Below, in pieces: positions 56,368-64,000 of a DNA stretch of 64,000 nt (within the stretch, counting starts at the first letter, position 1; each line of letters opens with the position of its first letter). Where the stretch lies: contig OZ242320.1 in assembly GCA_965208125.1 (NCBI GenBank), forward strand, positions 1,472,001-1,536,000, written 5' to 3'. Made by a program: the position numbers and the translations under genes. A model generated the notes under the pieces. The model was not told where the DNA came from. It did not search any database and saw only the letters and a list, made by a program, of their open reading frames with translations. The stretch comes from Candidatus Latescibacterota bacterium (GTDB lineage: Bacteria > Latescibacterota > UBA2968).

Positions 56368-59300
56368 GTGTTCACTTCACCAATAGCCAGATACGCATTG
56401 CTCATAGCTATCGCGCTCTGGAACACCGCAGACGCTCAGGAGGGTTTAATCCTCCGCACCGGAGAGACCAGTCATGTGTGGACCTACTCTCGAGAAATGG
56501 GCGGCATCACACTGACGGAACTGTGGACAAATGGTGCGGAACGGGAACAGTGTCTCGGCATTTTTCCCGGGCGACCTGGTCAATTGGGCAGAACAGAAAC
56601 CGGAACCATTATCTACCAATCCATCCCCCTATTATTGCCCGCACCCGGCGACATCTTGCACAGGGGACACACCATCTCTCTTGCCCCATCCCGATACTGG
56701 GAACTGAAATCGCCGGCACGCGATATCCTCCTGATAGATAATCCGGACCTGGAATCCATCATCTGGACCACTGAAAAAGCGATAAAAGGATTAAAACCTG
56801 ACGCGCCAGCTTTCGGTGAAAAAGCCCTGCCCGACCTCATATCGGGCTTCAACGCCGTGCGCCTGGCGCAACTGAGCCTCTCGCACTGGGACTTCAAACA
56901 AGCTGCAGCTTATTACACACAGGCGGCACGCCATTTTGAATCATTGGCCAGACAATCCGCTAAAAACGGTCTATCCGAATCACCAATGCGGGATTACGTC
57001 CAGACATTTCAAACCGCCGCCCAGGAAATTCGGAAAAACGGATCGCGCTGGGTTTGCCGCGACCACCTCACCGCAATCGCCAGACTATTGACCGCATACC
57101 GCCGCGATCACCGCGGAGAAATGCCCGATCAGCTGTCCGCGCTTCAAAAATGGGCTATTGCGGAATCCCGGGCAGATCCCGGGACCATCGCCCGCCTGTT
57201 CCGCGCCCCCGTAGATCGGGACCAAACCCGGCCCGTCAGCTATTTTTACAGACCCAATGCCGCTACAGGTGAAGCCATTGTCGTGAGCTATTTCTACCCC
57301 GGTCGCCTCGTAGAACTGGTTCGACACACCGAAAATTACCGCGTACAGGACCGTCCCATTGCACAAACACAGATAGATTCACTCCTGATAATGGGCAAAA
57401 CCCTCCTATCGCAAAACGACACCCTCGCCGTGCCCATACTAACCGCACTCACCCATGTCGCACCCGAGATGGAACTGGGCCATTGCCTCCTCGGCTATGC
57501 CTATTTAGAAATAGAGGATTACGACCGCGCGCGAAACGCTTTTGAGCGCGCCATTGACCTCGACCACCGCCTGTCCGAGGCGTACAACGGACTGGGACTC
57601 GTCTTCCAAAATCGCCCCAAAGGCATGTACAATGCTATCCGCTACTTCAGAAAAGCCTTGCAGTGGTCTCCAGATGAACGGCTATCGCAGCTATACAATA
57701 CCCACCGCGATGCCCGCTTTAACATGGCGCTGACGCGATATAAACTCAAAGAATACGACACCAAACGCGACCTCGACCACGTCATCGCAATGGACCCAAC
57801 CTACGCGCCGACCTACAAACTGCTGGGCAAATGGTGGGAAGAACAGGAAGAAGACCATGAACAGGCGGCCATGGCCTATGCCCGCTACATAACACTCGCG
57901 CCCGAGGACCCGGAAGGCAGAGAACTGCTTTCGAAAGCCTATTTGCGAAGTAAAAACTTCGGCCGCATCGTACAGTTACTGGAAGATCACATCCGCGAGT
58001 ACCCCGAAGAAATCGCATCTCTGCCCATCCTGGCGCAGGCGTGTCTTGAACAGAAACGCCCGAACTGGGCACAAACCTATTTTTCCCGCTATGTGACGCA
58101 CCTGGACCAGCAACACCGCGCACTATACGAAGACATCCAATTCCTCGCATCCACCGAAGAACTCGAAGAATACAACAGCCTTGACACAGACGTGGCGCGT
58201 TCCTCATTTTTGCGGCAGTTCTGGGCACTAAAAGATCCAAATCTGATCACGGCACCCAACGAACGCAAACTCGAACACTACAGACGGGTGTGGTATGCCC
58301 TGACAAATTTCTCAGAGAAAAAAAAGCCCTTTGACCGGCGCGGCGAGGTCTATATCCGCTTCGGAGAGCCTGACTATCGGTCGCGATCCAACATGTTAAA
58401 CCTGCAACAAAGCCTATCCGTACAGCGGGTAAAAGAGCGCGTGGCCCAAACGCTATTTGGTGGCGAAGCCGCGCAACAAACCTACTTTGGGCCGGTATAT
58501 CCCGTGCGAGGACTTCAAACCAGACTAAGTGGCGCAACCCCACTCAGGGTGCAACGCGAGGACGCATCCATGCAGCAGGCTATCGAACAGTCACAGGAAC
58601 GGGAGCGACAGGGACTCGAGTCAGGAGGCGAAGAACAGCGCACCGTGCGTTCGGCACAGGCAACAGGCGATGACCAGACCGGAGAGGACATCAGCACTTA
58701 CGAACGGCTGGCGAATACAGTCGTCAACGCCGGTAACATGGGGAGTGGATTTTTTGATCTCCAGCCGGATTTCAACGCGGTCTCCGTTCCAGAAGACGCC
58801 TCTATGGTGCGGTGGGAAACCTGGATTTATACCGATGTGAACGGGGGCATCGAAATAACCTTCACCGACGAAGCAATGAACGGCAATTTCGACTATGCGC
58901 CCGCGCCCCTGGATCCCAACATCCCCATCCGCACACTTGCCCTGCTGAACCGATACAATCCCCGCAGGGTCACCGAATTTGCCGCTCGGGTAACCCCGGA
59001 TTATTACGCAACCCCGGAAAACACCCGCCCCCTGGAATTTTATTACGACCTCGCGGATTTTCAGAGTCTCCAAAATGACGCGAGCGCGCTGGAAGTCTAT
59101 ACCGGGATCCCGCGGACACTGGGGCGGTATTTTGCCGAAAACAATACCACCGAACTGGTCGTGGAGCGAACCGTATCCCTCTTGAACGAACAAACCGGAG
59201 ACGTATATCGGCGCACAGGCGATGTGCGCTTTCGCAATGAAGGCGATCAAACCGGCATACAGGGTGCGTTTGTACCCGACGTCGTGCGCCTGGACGCCCC

Positions 59301-59841
59301 GCCGGGATATTACAAGCTGGAAGTACATCTGATGGACCGCCTGTCCGGACGGCAGGGGCGTTATCGCCAAATAATCGAACTGGAGAAATATCAGACCCGC
59401 TCAATGAAAGTAAGCGACCTGGAACTCGCATGGCGCATTGCAGAAGGCGGACCTCAGGACAAATTTCGCAAAGGCGAATTACACGTAATCCCCATGCCCA
59501 CGCGAACCTACCCGAAGGGACAGAGCATTTTTGTCTATTACGAAATCTACAATCTAAAACGCGATGAATTTGGTCAGACAAAATACCAGGTGGAATACAC
59601 AATCGCGCCAAAAGGCAAAGGCGTGGGCGGTGTCGTATCTCGCATGGTGAGAACGCTTGGCGGCAAACGAGAAAAAGTGTTAATGGGATATGAACAGGTC
59701 GGAACAATGGACCTGGAAACCGTCTATACCGAATTGGAATTGGGCGACCGAGAACCGGGACGCTACGCGCTGGAAGTCGTGATAATCGATTTGAACGGCG
59801 AACAAACCGCCTCCAAAAATGCCCTTTTTGTCGTACAGTGA
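56368..59841 (+). CDS. Secreted TPR plus GWxTD-like domain protein
   Basis: Signal peptide, TPRs, FWALKDP..NERKLEHYRRVWYA...PFDRRGEVYIRFGEPD, WETWIY, VYYEIYNL. GTG start follows AGGAG. Confidence 0.82.
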   Translation: MFTSPIARYALLIAIALWNTADAQEGLILRTGETSHVWTYSREMGGITLTELWTNGAEREQCLGIFPGRPGQLGRTETGTIIYQSIPLLLPAPGDILHRGHTISLAPSRYWELKSPARDILLIDNPDLESIIWTTEKAIKGLKPDAPAFGEKALPDLISGFNAVRLAQLSLSHWDFKQAAAYYTQAARHFESLARQSAKNGLSESPMRDYVQTFQTAAQEIRKNGSRWVCRDHLTAIARLLTAYRRDHRGEMPDQLSALQKWAIAESRADPGTIARLFRAPVDRDQTRPVSYFYRPNAATGEAIVVSYFYPGRLVELVRHTENYRVQDRPIAQTQIDSLLIMGKTLLSQNDTLAVPILTALTHVAPEMELGHCLLGYAYLEIEDYDRARNAFERAIDLDHRLSEAYNGLGLVFQNRPKGMYNAIRYFRKALQWSPDERLSQLYNTHRDARFNMALTRYKLKEYDTKRDLDHVIAMDPTYAPTYKLLGKWWEEQEEDHEQAAMAYARYITLAPEDPEGRELLSKAYLRSKNFGRIVQLLEDHIREYPEEIASLPILAQACLEQKRPNWAQTYFSRYVTHLDQQHRALYEDIQFLASTEELEEYNSLDTDVARSSFLRQFWALKDPNLITAPNERKLEHYRRVWYALTNFSEKKKPFDRRGEVYIRFGEPDYRSRSNMLNLQQSLSVQRVKERVAQTLFGGEAAQQTYFGPVYPVRGLQTRLSGATPLRVQREDASMQQAIEQSQERERQGLESGGEEQRTVRSAQATGDDQTGEDISTYERLANTVVNAGNMGSGFFDLQPDFNAVSVPEDASMVRWETWIYTDVNGGIEITFTDEAMNGNFDYAPAPLDPNIPIRTLALLNRYNPRRVTEFAARVTPDYYATPENTRPLEFYYDLADFQSLQNDASALEVYTGIPRTLGRYFAENNTTELVVERTVSLLNEQTGDVYRRTGDVRFRNEGDQTGIQGAFVPDVVRLDAPPGYYKLEVHLMDRLSGRQGRYRQIIELEKYQTRSMKVSDLELAWRIAEGGPQDKFRKGELHVIPMPTRTYPKGQSIFVYYEIYNLKRDEFGQTKYQVEYTIAPKGKGVGGVVSRMVRTLGGKREKVLMGYEQVGTMDLETVYTELELGDREPGRYALEVVIIDLNGEQTASKNALFVVQ

Positions 59842-59848
59842 GACAATT

Positions 59849-62191
59849 ATGAATATTCGCTATTGGGTACACTTCATTCTGCTTTTCTGCTTTCTCGGTC
59901 ATGCCTCCGCCGAAGACACAGACCTGGACGCCATTTATCTCAAAGCCCAGGCGCTCGGGCGAAAAACCCTGATCAGAGAAGCACTCACAACACTAAAAGA
60001 AGCAGTACCCAGTTCTGCGGACTCCACACTGTTACTCGCCCGTATCGGCCACCTCTATCTCCGGCTACAACTGCCCGACAGCGCCGAAGCCGCATTTGAG
60101 CGATCGCTGAAAAACGACCCGTATCAGGCAGACACCCACCTCGGATTGGGACGCGTTTTACTGGAATATCGCAACAAACTCAAACGCGCGACCTCCCACC
60201 TCAAACAGGCGATACAGGCCGACTCCAACCGCGCTGAAAGCCACGAAGTCCTCGGCAGAACCCATCTGGCGCGAGGAAAAGAAAAAGACGCCCTGCAAGC
60301 GGCCAACAAAGCACTGCAAATCAACCCCCGCTATGGTCCCGCCCACCTGCTGCTGGCGCGTCTTTATCGCAAAAAAGGCGATATCCCCCAGGCACTATCC
60401 CACTACAACACCTACCTGTCCCACGGCGCACAGGATGAAACGCCCGCACTTGAATTTGCCCTTGAATTTTTGACCGAAAAACGCTACAACGTCGTAACCG
60501 AGATCGCTTCGCGCATGGCCGATGCGCGAAGACTCCCGCTCTTGGCGCAAGTACTTCTGGCCTCGCGGCGCTATGAAGACGCCCTATCCGTATTTCAAAA
60601 ATACCTCGAAACCCTATCGGCACGGGAAAGAGCAATCTATGAAGACATTTCCCTGATCGCCACGCCAGAAGAAATCGCATCATATCGCGCGATTTCGGAC
60701 GAAGATATAGACGCCTTTCTGAACGCCTTCTGGATCCGCAAAGACCCCTTCGGCACAACCGGAGGAAGCCAGAGACGCGCGGAACACTACCGCCGCGTCT
60801 GGCATGCGCGAACCTTCTTCGGGCGCTACAAATATCCCTTTGACCAGCGGGGCGAAATCTATATCCGATACGGAGAGCCGGATTACCGCTCAACCTGGCG
60901 AGAACCCAATGCCAGCGTACCGATCCCCGCGCAACGCATTCAGGAAAAACTGGCATTTCAACTCTACGGCCGTCCCGGCACAACCGTAACCTACACCGGA
61001 CCTGTATTTCCCATCCGCATTGCGCTTCGAAATGTCGAAAGCAACCTCCCCCTCGAAGAAGACGACGGCACCCTCGGCTTGCGCGGATGGAAACCCGTAA
61101 CAGCCGGGAACGATTTCTCCAGCGTACCCTGGGAAGTGTGGATCTATCCCGACATCAACCACGGCATAGAAGTCGTATTCACCGACGAAATGCACTCGAA
61201 TATCTTCGGCTATGCCCCCGTACCGACCATCGACAGAGAAGATGTTTATGACGTCGCTTCTCGCGGGTCGCCACTCAGATTCCTCCGAATGATGAACGAC
61301 TTCTCGCCTGCATCGCAAGTCGCAGCAGCAGCGGCAAAAAAACCCGAACGCTACGACACATCCGACCTCGATCCCCTCAACTTCTACTACGAGGCCCTGT
61401 CATTCCGCGGAAAAAATGGCAAAACAGACCTGCAAATCAACATCGGCCTCCCAATAGATGAAGTGGCAATGTCCAGCGACCCGGATACCACAGTCGTAAT
61501 CGAGCGGCGCATCGCCCTCGTAGATGACCAGAACCGCGAAGCAAAACGCCTGCGGGAAGACGTAGGCATTCCCATACCCCCTGGACTCCGGGGAAAAAGC
61601 CTGATCGCCAGAGACCGCATCGACATCCCTCTATCTCCCGGTGAATACGACCTCGCCGTACAAATGTGGCGCGTCAACACCAATCGCCTGGGCAATTATC
61701 GGGAAAAAGTGCGCCTGCACGATTTTTCAGGTGACAGTTTAATGCTCAGCGATCTACAGATCGCACAGCATATTGAACAACCGGCTTCCTCAAACGAAAG
61801 CCAAAGCGACACCACGACTGCGCGCAACAAATGGCGCATCACAACATCGCCATCTCGCACCTTTTTTCTCGGTACCCCCATCTTCGTCTATTTTGAAATT
61901 TACAACCTGACGCAAGACACCTTCGGGCAAACGCACTACCAGGTCGCCTTTGCCGTAGCACCGGAAAAAGGACGCGAACTCGCCTCGCAACCCAGAATAC
62001 GGCGAAGAGATGGGGAACTGATCACCGTACAATACGAACAAACGGGGCGCGACCTCTGGACTGCCGACTACGTCGAACTGGACATCGGCCGCATTGAAAC
62101 CGGACGGTATCGGTTAATCATGACCGTAAAAGACCTCAACACCGCCCAGACCGCTGTTCGGGAAGGGATATTCAGAATCGGCAAGAGGTAA
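59849..62191 (+). CDS. Second secreted TPR plus GWxTD-like domain protein
   Basis: Signal peptide (ASA/E), TPRs, FWIRKDP..EHYRRVWHA...PFDQRGEIYIRYGEPD, VYFEIYNL. Confidence 0.82.
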   Translation: MNIRYWVHFILLFCFLGHASAEDTDLDAIYLKAQALGRKTLIREALTTLKEAVPSSADSTLLLARIGHLYLRLQLPDSAEAAFERSLKNDPYQADTHLGLGRVLLEYRNKLKRATSHLKQAIQADSNRAESHEVLGRTHLARGKEKDALQAANKALQINPRYGPAHLLLARLYRKKGDIPQALSHYNTYLSHGAQDETPALEFALEFLTEKRYNVVTEIASRMADARRLPLLAQVLLASRRYEDALSVFQKYLETLSARERAIYEDISLIATPEEIASYRAISDEDIDAFLNAFWIRKDPFGTTGGSQRRAEHYRRVWHARTFFGRYKYPFDQRGEIYIRYGEPDYRSTWREPNASVPIPAQRIQEKLAFQLYGRPGTTVTYTGPVFPIRIALRNVESNLPLEEDDGTLGLRGWKPVTAGNDFSSVPWEVWIYPDINHGIEVVFTDEMHSNIFGYAPVPTIDREDVYDVASRGSPLRFLRMMNDFSPASQVAAAAAKKPERYDTSDLDPLNFYYEALSFRGKNGKTDLQINIGLPIDEVAMSSDPDTTVVIERRIALVDDQNREAKRLREDVGIPIPPGLRGKSLIARDRIDIPLSPGEYDLAVQMWRVNTNRLGNYREKVRLHDFSGDSLMLSDLQIAQHIEQPASSNESQSDTTTARNKWRITTSPSRTFFLGTPIFVYFEIYNLTQDTFGQTHYQVAFAVAPEKGRELASQPRIRRRDGELITVQYEQTGRDLWTADYVELDIGRIETGRYRLIMTVKDLNTAQTAVREGIFRIGKR

Positions 62192-62201
62192 GAATTAAAA
62201 A

Positions 62202-64000
62202 TTGAGCGCAGAACGAACATATCCAATCGCAGATTCGCCAGATCCTGCGAACAAAGGGGTCACAGTCCGTTCGCTGATCTTTGGGTTTGTGCTGGTCATT
62301 GCAATCAACGCACTGGCAACAGTCGCGCGATACATCATGCACAGCTCCTTCATGGCCTACAGCCACATGCCCATGGGCAACCTGATGCTCACACTATTGT
62401 GTCTGATTGTGTGCAGTGTGCTCGCGCGGTACTTTGGCAAACCCTTTGCCTTTTCCCCGAGCGAATGGCTCGCGATCTTTTCAATGGGCTTTATCTGTTC
62501 GCTCGGTCCCACCTATGGCGTAAGCGGATATCTCGTCGGCGTCATCGTAACCCCCTACTATTTTTCCTCGCCCGAAAACCGGTGGGCAGAGTTTTTGCAC
62601 CCGCACCTGCCCGAATGGATTATTCCATCCAATCGCGACGGCGCAATGAACTGGTTCTACGACGGCTTGCCCGCCGGTGCGCCCGTGCCCTGGTCCGTCT
62701 GGATCGGTCCCCTCTTCTGGTGGTTCACCTTTGTATGTGCCGTAGCACTGGCCTGTTTTTGTGCCTCGGTCATCATGCGCAAACAATGGGCGGAGCACGA
62801 AAAACTGGTCTATCCCGCCATGGAGCCCATCGTCGAACTGACCACACAGCCCGGCGGGGGTCGCACCTATTTGCCCGAGTTTATGCAGGGACGGATGTTC
62901 TGGACCGGATTTGGCGTGGTAGGCGTAATATTCGTCTGGAACATCATCGCGTGGTTTCATCCCGCGCTACCAAAATTTCCAACCGCCGCTGGCACCTGGG
63001 TGCCCATTGGCAGGAACTTTCCGCCGCAATGGGTATTCGTAAGCACCGTGGGAATATGCTTTTCGTATTTTGCGAGCCTGGAATTATTGTTCAGCATGTG
63101 GCTCTTTGATCTCATATTCATCGTAGAATCCGGCATCCTCGACCAACTGGGCATACCGGCCTTTAACCGCTACTACGCCTCAAAACGCTATCTCTGGCAA
63201 ACAACGGGCGCATTTATCGCCCTATCTCTGTGGTGGGTGTGGATAGCGCGGGCGCATCTGAAAGAGGCATTTCAAAAAGCGCTCCATCCAAAAAGCGAGC
63301 ATATAGACGACAGCCGAGAACTCATATCCTATCGCGCAGCCTTCTGCTGTCTCGCCGCCTCAACCGCCTACGCACTGGTCTGGTTGTCCGCAGCGGGCAT
63401 GGCGTGGAAAGTCCTCGCCATCTTGTTGCCATTCATGTTCTTGACCTATGGTGCCTTATCGAAAATCCTGGCCGATTCCGGACTTATTTACGTCATGGCA
63501 CCATCCAGGGCCTGGACACTGACAACCGCGCTCATGGGCGGCGCCCGCGCCATCCCGGCGGCGTCTCATGCCCTGATCTATCCGGCATCTGTCGCCATCG
63601 ATCACTTCCGCGGATTTACCTTTTCCGTGGGCACGCACATCAACCGCCTGTCCGACTTCATCACCGGCAACAAACGCCCCCTCTTCGGCGGCCTCTGCGT
63701 GGCTTTTGTGGTCGGCATTGTCTCATCCACCCTCTTTACAATCTGGCTGGGCTATCGCATTGGCGGGTACAATTTCTCGCCAAACTGGCTCATCATTCGC
63801 GCAGGCATAGGCGGATATCAAAATTCCGTCAACGCGATCGTATCGCCGCAACCCATGGAAGTAATCGACTACTATTTTTTCCTCATCGGGGCACTCGCCA
63901 TGTACGCCCTGTTATTCCTGAGATACCAATTCACCTGGTGGCCCCTGCACCCCATTGGCCTCGCCCTATCGGGCACCGGACTCGCCCGCCTCACCAGCTT
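62202..64000 (+). CDS. DUF6785-type polytopic membrane protein (3' truncated; absent from the ORF track)
   Basis: Translated by hand from TTG 62202: MSAERTY...GVTVRSLIFG...YYFSSPENRW...MRKQWAEHEKLVYP...WWPLHPIG at the window end. Paralogue of 33717-35705. Confidence 0.82.
   Translation, partial: MSAERTYPIADSPDPANKGVTVRSLIFGFVLVIAINALATVARYIMHSSFMAYSHMPMGNLMLTLLCLIVCSVLARYFGKPFAFSPSEWLAIFSMGFICSLGPTYGVSGYLVGVIVTPYYFSSPENRWAEFLHPHLPEWIIPSNRDGAMNWFYDGLPAGAPVPWSVWIGPLFWWFTFVCAVALACFCASVIMRKQWAEHEKLVYPAMEPIVELTTQPGGGRTYLPEFMQGRMFWTGFGVVGVIFVWNIIAWFHPALPKFPTAAGTWVPIGRNFPPQWVFVSTVGICFSYFASLELLFSMWLFDLIFIVESGILDQLGIPAFNRYYASKRYLWQTTGAFIALSLWWVWIARAHLKEAFQKALHPKSEHIDDSRELISYRAAFCCLAASTAYALVWLSAAGMAWKVLAILLPFMFLTYGALSKILADSGLIYVMAPSRAWTLTTALMGGARAIPAASHALIYPASVAIDHFRGFTFSVGTHINRLSDFITGNKRPLFGGLCVAFVVGIVSSTLFTIWLGYRIGGYNFSPNWLIIRAGIGGYQNSVNAIVSPQPMEVIDYYFFLIGALAMYALLFLRYQFTWWPLHPIGLALSGTGLARLTS

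Noticed and set aside
58970-59902. 310-aa - strand ORF and similar antisense ORFs over secA, ribBA and the TBDR gene
   Set aside because: Largely or fully overlap well-supported genes and have no recognisable domains.
1-64000. Prophage, IS elements, integrases, rRNA/tRNA and anti-phage defence operons
   Set aside because: No recognisable motifs apart from one TA pair. Very short or degenerate elements could have been missed by eye.

Overview
A 64 kb chromosomal segment from a diderm bacterium, probably FCB-superphylum and Latescibacterota-like. That placement is inferred from the PorV/T9SS-like CTD genes, GWxTD-type proteins, DUF6785-type membrane proteins and a C-terminal paired EF-hand/dockerin-like tag. 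In order, the window holds: (1) a Na+ bioenergetics block: nqrC(partial)DEF, a CBS protein, apbE, an inserted DUF433/DUF5615 toxin-antitoxin pair, an NqrM-like gene and a 10-gene Mrp/Mnh antiporter operon; (2) a porin, udk, an enolase-superfamily enzyme, a promoter-driven candidate structured sRNA and rlmH; (3) an S55 peptidase plus beta-propeller pair running into a riboflavin operon with a reductase-only RibD, then nusB, a phosphoesterase, secA (with a 4-Cys insert), rhodanese and CIRCE-groES-groEL (His tail); (4) a histone-like protein, a DUF6785-type membrane protein and a glycan-lyase/hydrolase/SSS catabolic cluster; (5) a SusD-less outer-membrane module (beta-barrel, TonB-dependent receptor, CTD cargo, PorV), followed by a TMTC-like GT-C, a methyltransferase-GT2 fusion, two GWxTD/TPR proteins and a second DUF6785-type gene. 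I found no rRNA, tRNA, CRISPR array or transposase. GTAG-type REPs and heptamer repeats are scattered in intergenic gaps. All calls come from motif recognition by eye; no searches were run.
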